41,445 nucleotides of DNA from Escherichia coli (lineage in GTDB: Bacteria; Pseudomonadota; Gammaproteobacteria; Enterobacterales; Enterobacteriaceae): the NCBI RefSeq assembly GCF_016903815.1, contig NZ_CP069975.1; one strand, written 5' to 3'. This document shows, one piece after another, positions 1-9,549 of this stretch. The position numbers and the translations under genes are program-made. The notes beneath the pieces were generated by a model that was not told where the DNA came from, made no database searches, and saw only the letters and a list, made by a program, of their open reading frames with translations. Numbering within the stretch: the stretch's first letter is position 1; every line of letters starts with the position of its first letter.

Positions 1-127
1 GATCAATCCCGCGCCCATCATCCCAGCCACGGAATAAATTCACCGCGTAAATCAGGTAATTTATTGGTCGGGTAAGCCTTTGCCAGATTTGGGTACATTT
101 CAGAAGAAAATGCTGCACCATTGCATT

Positions 128-2626
128 TCAGCCACCCCGTTGGAGGTGTGGCTGAAGGGCCACGGAACAGGGACACCAACAGGTAAGTGCAGAGCCTTCT
201 CCCAAACCAAGGTAATTAAGAACGCTCTGAATACTGGGCTTACTAAGAATTGCACGTCCAACACTTGTCAGTGCAGTTAACGCGGCACGATCAACCCCTG
301 TGAAATAAGGGAGTTTATCTGCTGCGGTAGCTAGTGCCGCTAGAGCAGTGAGCGTAGCGTCTGCCGCTTGCTTTCCATTAGCCAAATCATATGCAGCCTT
401 GACAGCTTTCGGTGTAGCGGCCAGCACTTCAGACGTGCTGTTAGTGGCACTACTGAGCTGAGTGATGCCTTTCGCTGTCAATGAAGCTGTTGGCACACCA
501 GTGATCTGATTCCAGGGATGTGTATGACTGGATGGTGCCTTTCCGGCTGCTAGATCGTATGCAGCTTTAACTGCTTTTGGCGTTGCAGCTAATGTTTCAG
601 AAGTGCTGTTGGTGTCGCTACTGAGCTGAACTATCCCTTTTTGTGTCGTGGTTGCATCCTGGGCTGTATACTTCCCGTTAGCCAGGTCATATGCAGCCTT
701 GACAGCTTTCGGTGTGGCGGCCAGCACTTCAGACGTGCTGTTAGTGGCACTACTGAGCTGAGTGATGCCTTTCGCTGTCAATGAAGCTGTTGGCACACCA
801 GTGATCTGATTCCAGGGATGTGTATGACTGGATGGTGCCTTTCCGGCTGCTAGATCGTATGCAGCTTTAACCGCTTTTGGCGTTGCAGCTAATGTTTCAG
901 AAGTGCTGTTGGTGTCGCTACTGAGCTGAACTATCCCTTTTTGTGTCGTGGTTGCATCCTGGGCTGTATACTTCCCGTTAGCCAGGTCATATGCAGCCTT
1001 GACAGCTTTCGGTGTGGCGGCCAGCACTTCAGACGTGCTGTTAGTGGCACTACTGAGCTGAGTGATGCCTTTCGCTGTCAATGAAGCTGTTGGCACACCA
1101 GTAATCTGATTCCAGGGATGTGTATGACTGGATGGTGCTTTTTCGGCTGCTAGATCGTATGCAGCTTTAACCGCTTTTGGCGTTGCAGCTAATGTTTCAG
1201 AAGTGCTGTTGGTGTCGCTACTGAGCTGAACTATCCCTTTTTGTGTCGTGGTTGCATCCTGGGCTGTATACTTCCCGTTAGCCAGGTCATATGCAGCCTT
1301 GACAGCTTTCGGTGTGGCGGCCAGCACTTCAGACGTGCTGTTAGTGGCACTACTGAGCTGAGTGATGCCTTTCGCTGTCAATGAAGCTGTTGGCACACCA
1401 GTGATCTGATTCCAGGGATGTGTATGACTGGATGGTGCCTTTCCGGCTGCTAGATCGTATGCAGCTTTAACCGCTTTTGGCGTTGCAGCTAATGTTTCAG
1501 AAGTGCTGTTGGTGTCGCTACTGAGCTGAACTATCCCTTTTTGTGTCGTGGTTGCATCCTGGGCTGTATACTTCCCGTTAGCCAGGTCATATGCAGCCTT
1601 GACAGCTTTCGGTGTGGCGGCCAGCACTTCAGACGTGCTGTTAGTGGCACTACTGAGCTGAGTGATGCCTTTCGCTGTCAATGAAGCTGTTGGCACACCA
1701 GTGATCTGATTCCAGGGATGTGTATGACTGGATGGTGCCTTTCCGGCTGCTAGATCGTATGCAGCTTTAACCGCTTTTGGCGTTGCAGCTAATGTTTCAG
1801 AAGTGCTGTTGGTGTCGCTACTGAGCTGAACTATCCCTTTTTGTGTCGTGGTTGCATCCTGGGCTGTATACTTCCCGTTAGCCAGGTCATATGCAGCCTT
1901 GACAGCTTTCGGTGTGGCGGCCAGCACTTCGGACGTACTGTTAGTGGCACTACTGAGCTGAACTAATCCCTTTTGCGTTGTGCTTGCATCCTGCGCCGTA
2001 TACTTGCTTTTCGCCAGATCGTAGGCTTTTTTAACTGCCAGCGAACTCGCAGCAACATCACTTCTGGTACTGGTTACAGAGTCTGAAATATCAATGCCGA
2101 TCGTGCGGTTGATACGCTCGGATGTATCAATCATCTCTTGAGTAATGGTAGATACGCCAGCAGGGATATTCACCGTACAAACCAGCAGTTCCCCATCACC
2201 TAACTGATATGAATCGGTATAGGTTCTGGCAACAAATTCAGCTGCATGAATATGTGACGCGGTATTCACCTGATAGGTATCTTCTCCAAGAAGGTATCTT
2301 CCCTTCAGCACAATTGCATATTTCTTGCCTGCGTTAAGTGCAAGAGAGATATCCTTACGATGCTGAATAGTTACCTGGTAGAATTCACCAATATCCACTG
2401 ACGCCGCGCCAGCGGTTTTATCTCCATCCACTGAGGTGATTAACAGGTTCATCCCACCGCCAGGCTTAGGCAAGAAACCAGCATAAAATCCCGGGTCAAC
2501 AATTCCCCTGAATTTTCGGTTTAGAGCGGCTGACAGATATGGTTCGTGGTATTGCACATCAGCCACCAGAGCCAACGACTCGGGTGATGGGTAAGTAACC
2601 GATGTAACAACTGTAACGTCATTCAT
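128..2626 (-). CDS. S: Tail fibre protein (P1 S-like) with expanded tandem fibre repeats
   Basis: Long minus-strand ORF (track 128..2713). Start placed at ATG 2626-2624, preceded by AAGGA and 11 nt after the upstream gene stop. Product carries many copies of the tail-fibre repeat motif S-x-T-N-S-T-S-E-x-L-AATPKAVKAAYDLA. Position directly downstream of the baseplate/sit operon. Confidence 0.85.
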   Translation of the reverse strand: MNDVTVVTSVTYPSPESLALVADVQYHEPYLSAALNRKFRGIVDPGFYAGFLPKPGGGMNLLITSVDGDKTAGAASVDIGEFYQVTIQHRKDISLALNAGKKYAIVLKGRYLLGEDTYQVNTASHIHAAEFVARTYTDSYQLGDGELLVCTVNIPAGVSTITQEMIDTSERINRTIGIDISDSVTSTRSDVAASSLAVKKAYDLAKSKYTAQDASTTQKGLVQLSSATNSTSEVLAATPKAVKAAYDLANGKYTAQDATTTQKGIVQLSSDTNSTSETLAATPKAVKAAYDLAAGKAPSSHTHPWNQITGVPTASLTAKGITQLSSATNSTSEVLAATPKAVKAAYDLANGKYTAQDATTTQKGIVQLSSDTNSTSETLAATPKAVKAAYDLAAGKAPSSHTHPWNQITGVPTASLTAKGITQLSSATNSTSEVLAATPKAVKAAYDLANGKYTAQDATTTQKGIVQLSSDTNSTSETLAATPKAVKAAYDLAAEKAPSSHTHPWNQITGVPTASLTAKGITQLSSATNSTSEVLAATPKAVKAAYDLANGKYTAQDATTTQKGIVQLSSDTNSTSETLAATPKAVKAAYDLAAGKAPSSHTHPWNQITGVPTASLTAKGITQLSSATNSTSEVLAATPKAVKAAYDLANGKYTAQDATTTQKGIVQLSSDTNSTSETLAATPKAVKAAYDLAAGKAPSSHTHPWNQITGVPTASLTAKGITQLSSATNSTSEVLAATPKAVKAAYDLANGKQAADATLTALAALATAADKLPYFTGVDRAALTALTSVGRAILSKPSIQSVLNYLGLGEGSALTCWCPCSVALQPHLQRGG
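197..222. other. Candidate site-specific inversion crossover site (Hin/Gin/Cin family-like 26-bp imperfect dyad)
   Basis: TTCTCCCAAACCAAGGTAATTAAGAA has the core AAACCAAGGT and TTCT...AGAA ends resembling hix/gix/cix sites as I recall them (about 19/26 to hixL). It lies in-frame within the S gene (encodes VLNYLGLGEG), 21 codons before the stop. Confidence 0.35.
378..1975. repeat. Tandem array, about 5.3 copies of a 300-bp unit inside the tail-fibre gene
   Basis: ccagcacttcagacgtgctg recurs at 421, 721, 1021, 1321 and 1621 (variant at 1921). Copies differ by only a few SNPs (e.g. t/c at 571 vs 871, g/a near 1103). Each unit encodes 100 aa containing two fibre-repeat motifs. Confidence 0.95.
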
Positions 2627-2637
2627 CAAGCATATCC

Positions 2638-3072
2638 TTATGCTGTAGTCGAGTTTATGGCCATAACTGCGGTATATGTTTTGCCCACATACAGCGAGTC
2701 TTCCTGGACACAAATAATGGCGATTGGCTTATTCTCGTTATCCAGAACAACCAGAGTGTTGAATGGGTAGTTTTTCCCTTCCTGCAACTGACTTTGATCA
2801 AGGTCCATTCGGACAGTAATTATCCCGCCTGAGTAGGTTGGGACGAGGTTGATGGTGCAAAATTGACTGGTCAGTTCTGCCAGATCGAAAGCCTTTGGCA
2901 GTTCTCCAATCTCATAAGTGCCATCTCCTTTCTTAGTAACCAGTGAACTGGTACCGAAAACGGCCTTGCTGATTAAAAATCGAGAGCCTTTGTTAATGGA
3001 CGATTCAGCGCGCCGCTGATAGTAATAGTCCAACAACTGACTCTTATAGAGGTTTGTTGAGACGTCAGACAT
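2638..3072 (-). CDS. Tail fibre-associated protein (P1 R-like by position)
   Basis: 144-aa ORF immediately upstream of S on the same strand; ATG 3072 preceded by AGGGA. Assignment by synteny only. Confidence 0.6.
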   Translation of the reverse strand: MSDVSTNLYKSQLLDYYYQRRAESSINKGSRFLISKAVFGTSSLVTKKGDGTYEIGELPKAFDLAELTSQFCTINLVPTYSGGIITVRMDLDQSQLQEGKNYPFNTLVVLDNENKPIAIICVQEDSLYVGKTYTAVMAINSTTA

Positions 3073-3102
3073 GATTTTCCCTAATCAATGTTGTGAAGCC
3101 TC

Positions 3103-3147
3103 ATTGTAAGATAAGTAACTTGTCACCCCGCCCTGCGGACGGGGTGA
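3103..3147 (-). promoter_or_regulatory. Candidate late promoter (palindromic element + 6 bp + TACAAT) overlapping a GC hairpin, upstream of the R-S genes
   Basis: On the gene strand GTGACAAGTTAC (3126-3115), a 6-bp spacer, then TACAAT (3108-3103). Hairpin caccccg-N9-cggggtg at 3124-3147 immediately after the upstream gene stop. Same architecture recurs at 11666-11689, 23004-23028 and, more weakly, 30030-30054. Confidence 0.45.
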
Positions 3148-3150
3148 TTG

Positions 3151-3990
3151 TCACGCATCGCTATCCAACAGCAAATCATCTGCGCGGGTGCGATCAAACG
3201 TAGGCGTTGCTTTCACAATAGTGCCGCCCGGCGTTGCAGTGATCGGGGCGTTAATCGACGTAACTTCAGTAAGCGAAGTTGTATCCGAAGTTTCAAACCA
3301 GCAGAATGCTTTTTCGGTATCAGAAATCTCATTCAAAGTGATCATGTCGGCCTGTTCATTTACAACAACCGACAAATAGAGCGTAAGCCCATCAAACACT
3401 ATATGCAGTGGCAGTAGAGGCTTTACGAACTGATTAAACTTTCTGAGAATTTCTTCTGTAATTGCGGACTGATCTATCGTTCCAGTAATACCCATTGTCC
3501 GGGCCAGGTCGTTTATGGGAATACTGATCATTCCTCTGGAAGTCAGAAACATCTCGCCGAATGTGCCGCCGGTGGTTTCCAGTGTGCTTTCTGGAATCAG
3601 GACCGTGCCATAGGGATGACGTTCAAAGTCCACCGGAGCATATATTGGATCCCATAAAACCGATATACCGTTAAATTCGCGATAAATTGTCTGGTTTATA
3701 GGGCGTTCAGTACCCTTAAAATGGATCTCATCAAACCGCTGTTGTAACAACATCGGAACGGAAGATGAATTCGACGTTCTGATAGTAAAAAACTGGCCAA
3801 GTTCATTTGTCCTAGTCTCCAGATCCTCCTTGCTCATGGAGAAAATAGACTTCCGGTTGGTAATTCGCTCCAACCATGGGTCAACAAAGGTGTCCATCAT
3901 TGACTGAACCAAATCAGCCAATGATTTATAAAGTAATGACTTTTGCTTAGCTGATGTAAGCCGGTTATTAAACCAGGAACGCTGCATCAC
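3151..3990 (-). CDS. Baseplate/tail structural protein (P1 gene 16-like by position)
   Basis: 279-aa ORF; stop overlaps the downstream hairpin; start overlaps the upstream gene stop (ATGA-type coupling at 3987-3990). Confidence 0.6.
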   Translation of the reverse strand: MMQRSWFNNRLTSAKQKSLLYKSLADLVQSMMDTFVDPWLERITNRKSIFSMSKEDLETRTNELGQFFTIRTSNSSSVPMLLQQRFDEIHFKGTERPINQTIYREFNGISVLWDPIYAPVDFERHPYGTVLIPESTLETTGGTFGEMFLTSRGMISIPINDLARTMGITGTIDQSAITEEILRKFNQFVKPLLPLHIVFDGLTLYLSVVVNEQADMITLNEISDTEKAFCWFETSDTTSLTEVTSINAPITATPGGTIVKATPTFDRTRADDLLLDSDA

Positions 3991-5420
3991 TCCTCCTCAT
4001 ACGAAATATTAAAGGTGGAGTTTTCTGTATCCAGATAAACGAAATCGTAAAAGCCGTTGGACTCATTCCACTCGACAAATTCCAGATAAAAGTCGCGGAA
4101 ATAACCCAGCGTTTCGATAAATGCCCAAACGTCTTTTTTCTTGATTAGGATGTACTTGCCGACACGGTTCGGATCAAAGAAAGTTGAGTCACGCCCAAAT
4201 TTTGTTTCCAGTGCCGACTTCAGCTCATCAGTCACGTTCTCAATGGTCAGGCTTGCCGATATCCGCCCAGTGATAGTGATCTTAAAGGGGAGTTTTCTGA
4301 CCTCTTTATACGAGAATTTCTTGTTCAACTCATTCGGCACCTTCTTAAAGGCAGCCAGGATCACTTCTTCAAGCTCTGACTGGCTTTTGTTTGGATGCCA
4401 TCCTGAAATAAATATCTTATTGATATTCCGAACATTATAAGCACCATCTAATTTCTCTTGCTGGCCTTCGCCCCATGCCTTTACCCAGGACAGTCCCGGG
4501 ATGTTACGCACCAAAAAATACGTATAGTCCCCGCCCCATACGACCTGATCATCATAGGCAAGGTAATATTGTGCACGATTACGTGTGATCTCCGTTGTTT
4601 CGGCATCGGTACCTGCGGTTATGGGTGTCGTTGTCTTAACTGAAATCAAATTAGCTAAATTAGCCGCAGAATCGACAGGCGTCAGGTTTTGGCCAGCAAC
4701 CAGGGTTATATCTCCGTTGGTGCACCATACCTTAAGTGTAATGGTCGAGCCTTCTGGCGGTATTTGCCCAATTAGCCCATCACCGAATCGAACCCCCAAC
4801 TGCTCGGATGGCTTATAAAACTCAACGTAGACCTGGCTTTTACTACCGGCTAACCGGAACATAGTGCTGGAAGACCACTGCGTGGTCTTACCATCGGTCG
4901 TCACGAATACTTCCAGCTTATAGCAGACAGCAGTGAGAGCCTTTGATAACACGACTTCCAGAAATTCTTTGGCTGCCGTAACGGTATATGTCACCTCCTG
5001 GATTTCCAACTGTGCCACTTCTACCGTACCGGTGCCGTCAACCAACCTGCATACATCCATAGTCATGTAAGGGTACTGGTCGTCAGATATTAAAGGCATA
5101 TTTTTGGGGATTACCGCTGGGGCATCTTCACTTGTGGCGGTGATCTCAATCATCCCCGATGACGGTGTTGGCTTGGTACCAACGTAACTATTCGTTTCTG
5201 CCGCTGCCAGGATAGAGGAACGCCGCGTCGCGGTCGATATAAAGCCTTCAGCCAGCGCCGCATCGGCATACTGAAAGCACCTGTAGACAATCTGGGTAAT
5301 AAACAATGTCAGCATCGAGACAAATTGAGAGCCGACAAACTTCGACCAGAATGAATCTTTCTCGACAAGCTCTTCAAACTCTGCACGAATACTGTCTTTA
5401 GTCGGTGTTGTTTTACTCAT
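3987..5420 (-). CDS. Baseplate protein (P1 BplA-like by position)
   Basis: 477-aa ORF in tightly packed structural operon; 4-nt overlaps with both neighbours. Confidence 0.6.
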   Translation of the reverse strand: MSKTTPTKDSIRAEFEELVEKDSFWSKFVGSQFVSMLTLFITQIVYRCFQYADAALAEGFISTATRRSSILAAAETNSYVGTKPTPSSGMIEITATSEDAPAVIPKNMPLISDDQYPYMTMDVCRLVDGTGTVEVAQLEIQEVTYTVTAAKEFLEVVLSKALTAVCYKLEVFVTTDGKTTQWSSSTMFRLAGSKSQVYVEFYKPSEQLGVRFGDGLIGQIPPEGSTITLKVWCTNGDITLVAGQNLTPVDSAANLANLISVKTTTPITAGTDAETTEITRNRAQYYLAYDDQVVWGGDYTYFLVRNIPGLSWVKAWGEGQQEKLDGAYNVRNINKIFISGWHPNKSQSELEEVILAAFKKVPNELNKKFSYKEVRKLPFKITITGRISASLTIENVTDELKSALETKFGRDSTFFDPNRVGKYILIKKKDVWAFIETLGYFRDFYLEFVEWNESNGFYDFVYLDTENSTFNISYEEE

Positions 5421-5776
5421 AGCACCACGTCCTGTGTGATAGTTATATCCCTGATACGAATGGATATTTTCAACTTATCAAAAGCATCTCCCTCGGCTAC
5501 TGACAAGCCAGAAATCGGTATGTCAGGTAAATCTACCGTCAGTTTTTGCAACAGCATTGCCTCAACCGCAATTTGAACATGCGACAAGTTGGTCGGTTCG
5601 TGTTTAAACTGCGGTAAAACATTGCCCCATGACGGATCTCCGTATACCTCACCCTGATAAGTGTTTAGCCACTCATATAAACGAGCGCCCCAGGCCTCCT
5701 CCTGGGACTCATACGTTTTTACGCCGGATAACTCCAGCGTCAGTAAAGGATCAATTTCATTATTGTTGGCCATCAA
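5417..5776 (-). CDS. Small morphogenesis protein (P1 PmgA-like by position)
   Basis: 119-aa ORF, translationally coupled on both sides. Confidence 0.5.
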   Translation of the reverse strand: MMANNNEIDPLLTLELSGVKTYESQEEAWGARLYEWLNTYQGEVYGDPSWGNVLPQFKHEPTNLSHVQIAVEAMLLQKLTVDLPDIPISGLSVAEGDAFDKLKISIRIRDITITQDVVL

Positions 5777-8700
5777 TCAACTCTCGCGTAGTCATTCATC
5801 AACGGATCATCAATTGACAGTGGCACCGTGCGCATAACGCCCGGTTGAGGCGTGCTGACCTTTACGACAGTTCCCTGGCCTTTCGCCGAGTCTTTAGTGT
5901 GCTCTTCAATCCTGGCAAGCAATGAGGTCATCTGCGCAAACAGCCGCTTCGTTTCACCATCAAGTGAAACGGTATTATCAGCCAACTGCATTGTCGGCTT
6001 GGCACCGGAGCCGCCAAGGTCACTAATAACCTGTCCGTCTATCTGCATACGACCGGTTGGTTGCTGCAAATCGTTGGCGGCAGTCGTCACCTGGGACGTG
6101 GAGGCTGGTTCAGGCGCATTATTTTTCCGCATCCCCGGCGAGTTGCGGAGTTTATCAAATAGTCCATCAATCCCCATTTGTGCGCCGAGTTGGTCAAAGT
6201 AACTTGAGTTGCTGGCCACCGGACGCGCCTCTTCAACTGGCATCGGAGTATCAACATACACATTGCCAGCTGCTGTTGCGGTCCCCTTCCCTCGTGCACG
6301 TTCTTCGAGCGTTCCCTGAACGACTTCCCGACGCATACCCCGGCCATTCATGAATTTGTTGACCAGATCGTTAACGCCAACAGCATTGCCAATTTTGTCT
6401 ACCAGACCGCCTTTCTCAAACGGGCTATCACCAGGGGTAAACGCCAGGCCAGTAGACTGATCGATAACAGCGTTATCAGGCAGTGGTCCCCTCACTCCAT
6501 ATTGCGCCCCACCCTGTGCTCCTGCTCCAGGTGTATAGATTTCACCACCTAAATAGCGAGCACGATGAGTATTGACCTTGATCGCGTACTCACGGTTTTC
6601 TTTCGATAAGTCACCTGTGCCTTTTTTCCACTTATTGATAGTGCCAAACCCAGCATTATATGCAGTGATGGCCTCGTTTAAGTCTCCATTGGCTTGCTTC
6701 AGATATTTGCTCATGAGAAGAGCCGCAGCTTCTGCCGATTTCACAGGATCAAACGATTCACCTTCAGCTAAGCCAGTCTCTTCACGAGCAATCCCCGTGA
6801 ACTGAAACATCCCCAGAGCACCGGTTTGGGATTTTGCATACGGATTACCACCAGATTCAGTTGCAGCAATCGCGTAAAGAGTGCCTTCTGGAAGACCGTA
6901 TTTATTCTCTAGTTCGGCAAAATACGGAGCCAACTTATCGAGATTTGCCTTACCTTCAGCGCCAAGACTTCCGACTTTTACATCCAAGTTGCCATTGTTG
7001 TAGGTATCCGCAGCTTTCTGAATGTCATTCCTGGTGCCAGTGGTATTAAGCGACGATGATGACGAGCTATTTTGACCAATAGCTTTATCAATTTTCTGCA
7101 ACGCGCTATTGCCCGTTTCTACGGCATTTGCATTGATAATCTGATTAGCAGTTTCTTTAACTGTTTTATTGCTATCTTTCGCCGTATCTAGGGATGCATT
7201 TACAACACGAGTGACAATATTAGCCTTTTTAGGGGTATATTCAGTCTTAGGAGCATTGTCCTCCTGACTTTCTTTAGCTGGTGTTTTTAATTCAGGTGTA
7301 ACCTCTTTCGCATCCGCTTTGTTGACTAGCTTTGATGCAACCCAGGCCACAGGGGTGCTCTGAACAGCGGCATCTGCAACCTCACCTGAAAGCTCTTTTG
7401 CGGCACTCCATAGATTACTGCCAGCTTCTTTAATGTATTTCCCTGGGTTCTTAATGAAATCAATTGCACTATCAATTGCATCACTGAAAACCTGTTTCAG
7501 GTTATCGACAGTAAAGAAGTTTTTGATGGCGTCTAATTTTTCGTTCAGGTTCTTTGTTGTGTCACTGAACCATGCTGAAATAGCATCACCAATCTTTGCA
7601 GTATAATCACTAAATGTCGTGGATATAGTATCACCAAGGTTAGAAATATATGTTTCTAAATTGGTAATCCCACTATCAATGGCCTGGGCAATACTTTCCG
7701 TCGAAAATGATTGCAACATATTGCCGATATCCTCAAATCCAAGTGATTTGAGAACGCCGCCAATGGCACTGCTAATACCAGATACCAGTCCTCCCATATC
7801 GAGAACGTTAGCCAGTGTATAAGCCGCTTTTTGCTGAAAAGATGGATCTTCCCCATCCTTAAGCCCAAAGGTCCGACGTTGTGCTTCTGTATCATTCCAA
7901 CCGGTTACCGCATCATAGATACCTCCAGCCACCGTGCCGACTAGCGGAATTGCGCGTAAAGCCCCCTTTGCAAGAGCCTTAACACCTAGTTTCCCCAATC
8001 CCTTAGTTGCAAGTTTTCCGGCACCGCGAGTAGCCAATTCGCCAGCTTCTTTGGCAGCAGCTTTTTTCCCACCAAAGCCCAATAAGCTTGCAACTTTTTT
8101 TATACCTAAAGCGCCTAGTGCCATCGAGCCAACTTTCTTTAGTACCCCACGGCCAAAAATAAGGGAAGCAATACCACCGGCCCCCTTCCCTAACAGGCTA
8201 AATAGTTTGGACAGCAAGCCGCCCTTCTTTTTCCCGGTGTTTTTGGCTATCTGATCAAGGGCGCTGAGAATCTTGTCATTGCCCTCTTTAATTTCGCTGG
8301 TCTGCTCCTGAAGTTCCTGAACCGTCCGTTTTTGGGTGTTAACCTGAACGACATCGGCACTATTTTGCGATTTACGCCTAAAAAAACCTTTTCTACGGCT
8401 GTTATCGTCATTGCCACGAATCACATCGGCAATAGACTTTCTGGCACCATTAAGCGATCCACCAACTTCTTTTGATATCCCGCCAAGCTCCTTCCCTGCT
8501 GCCCACAATGGACCAGCAACGGCATAACCTAACGCATCGACGGCACGAGTCTCTGAAGGGTTACCTATGCCTTCAGCTACTTTTGACAGTTTTTTTAATA
8601 AACCTGATTCAGCATTTAGACGCTCATCATCCTCTTTGCGCCTGGCCTTTTCAGCACGTTCAGCACGGACATCTTCCGCTGCGGCCTTACTCCCTGACTT

Positions 8701-9468
8701 TCCAATAAAACGACCACGCGCATCGCGTTGGTTTTGGCTTTTTTGCGCACCGCCTTTTTGATCGAACATTTCGCGAGCGTGTTCGGCTGCTTCGGTCCGT
8801 TGTGCCTTTATATCCTCTGATATAGCCTTCCTGCGTCTTTTTTTACCCTTTGGTGTAGTTGATTTGGCCTGCTGTTCCTCTTGAGCAATGCCCTCCTGAA
8901 CTACACGAGAAACGTCCCCTAAATTAAGCCGTTTCATTGCGTCAACAATAGGGTCTACTGATGGCGCATTGGCCACAAAGTCTGGCCGGGAATTTTCGAT
9001 TGTTCGATTTAATGCCGACACACTGCGAGATACTGGGTCAACCGTTGCAACGCGTCCCCCTCTCAAATCACGAGCGAGTTTGACCGTTTCTAACCGCTGT
9101 GCTTTAACATCCTCTGTTATTGCCTCTCTTCGTCTATTTGGGGGATTGTGCGCTGTTGGTGCAACCTGCTGTTCACGGTTAGTGACTTTGTCCTCCCGTA
9201 TACGAGAAACGTCCCCTAAATTAAGCCGTTTCATTGCGTCAACAATAGGGTCTACTGATGGCGCATTGGCCACAAAGTCTGGCCGGGAATTTTCGATTGT
9301 GCGATTTAATGCCGACACACTGCGAGAGACAGGATCAACAGTTGCAACTCGTTCCCCTTTCAAATCTTCAACAGCTTCCCGAATACCTGCAAGCTCTTCC
9401 AGCTCTTTCGCGCTGGCGGTTTCAACTGTCCTTATAACATCGTCAATATTGGCGTTTTTTCTTTCCAT
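5773..9468 (-). CDS. sit: Sit-like structural injection transglycosylase / tape-measure-like protein with soluble lytic transglycosylase domain
   Basis: 1231-aa ORF. SLT-family motifs visible: AATESGGNPYA, GALGMFQF, AYNAG. Gly/Ala/Lys-rich helical repeats typical of tape-measure-like proteins. N-terminal region contains a ~100-aa internal duplication. Confidence 0.85.
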   Translation of the reverse strand: MERKNANIDDVIRTVETASAKELEELAGIREAVEDLKGERVATVDPVSRSVSALNRTIENSRPDFVANAPSVDPIVDAMKRLNLGDVSRIREDKVTNREQQVAPTAHNPPNRRREAITEDVKAQRLETVKLARDLRGGRVATVDPVSRSVSALNRTIENSRPDFVANAPSVDPIVDAMKRLNLGDVSRVVQEGIAQEEQQAKSTTPKGKKRRRKAISEDIKAQRTEAAEHAREMFDQKGGAQKSQNQRDARGRFIGKSGSKAAAEDVRAERAEKARRKEDDERLNAESGLLKKLSKVAEGIGNPSETRAVDALGYAVAGPLWAAGKELGGISKEVGGSLNGARKSIADVIRGNDDNSRRKGFFRRKSQNSADVVQVNTQKRTVQELQEQTSEIKEGNDKILSALDQIAKNTGKKKGGLLSKLFSLLGKGAGGIASLIFGRGVLKKVGSMALGALGIKKVASLLGFGGKKAAAKEAGELATRGAGKLATKGLGKLGVKALAKGALRAIPLVGTVAGGIYDAVTGWNDTEAQRRTFGLKDGEDPSFQQKAAYTLANVLDMGGLVSGISSAIGGVLKSLGFEDIGNMLQSFSTESIAQAIDSGITNLETYISNLGDTISTTFSDYTAKIGDAISAWFSDTTKNLNEKLDAIKNFFTVDNLKQVFSDAIDSAIDFIKNPGKYIKEAGSNLWSAAKELSGEVADAAVQSTPVAWVASKLVNKADAKEVTPELKTPAKESQEDNAPKTEYTPKKANIVTRVVNASLDTAKDSNKTVKETANQIINANAVETGNSALQKIDKAIGQNSSSSSSLNTTGTRNDIQKAADTYNNGNLDVKVGSLGAEGKANLDKLAPYFAELENKYGLPEGTLYAIAATESGGNPYAKSQTGALGMFQFTGIAREETGLAEGESFDPVKSAEAAALLMSKYLKQANGDLNEAITAYNAGFGTINKWKKGTGDLSKENREYAIKVNTHRARYLGGEIYTPGAGAQGGAQYGVRGPLPDNAVIDQSTGLAFTPGDSPFEKGGLVDKIGNAVGVNDLVNKFMNGRGMRREVVQGTLEERARGKGTATAAGNVYVDTPMPVEEARPVASNSSYFDQLGAQMGIDGLFDKLRNSPGMRKNNAPEPASTSQVTTAANDLQQPTGRMQIDGQVISDLGGSGAKPTMQLADNTVSLDGETKRLFAQMTSLLARIEEHTKDSAKGQGTVVKVSTPQPGVMRTVPLSIDDPLMNDYARVD
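8900..9370. repeat. Direct duplication (300-bp period) within the 5' part of sit
   Basis: About 170 bp at 8900-9070 is near-identical to 9200-9370 (cgtttcattgcgtcaacaatagggtctactgatggcgcattggccacaaagtctggccgggaattttcgattgt present in both). Protein repeat RVATVDPVSRSVSALNRTIENSRPDFVANAPSVDPIVDAMKRLNLGDVSR occurs twice. Confidence 0.9.
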
Positions 9469-9549
9469 GATCTTATCGCCTACCGTTTCGGTTTAAGTTT
9501 TTCTTCCAGTTTCTCCAACAGGAAAAACGCATAGGATTCAGTAAGCCTT

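Noticed and set aside
80-280. 66-aa plus-strand ORF at the window start
   Set aside because: Lies antisense to the 3' end of the tail-fibre gene and across the crossover-like site; no RBS; composition unremarkable.
378-1975. Possibility that the 300-bp repeats are a CRISPR or other non-coding array
   Set aside because: No short repeat/unique spacer alternation; the repeats are in-frame coding sequence of the fibre protein.
8969-9496. 175-aa plus-strand ORF
   Set aside because: Entirely antisense to sit and spanning its internal duplication; the repeat inflates apparent ORF length.
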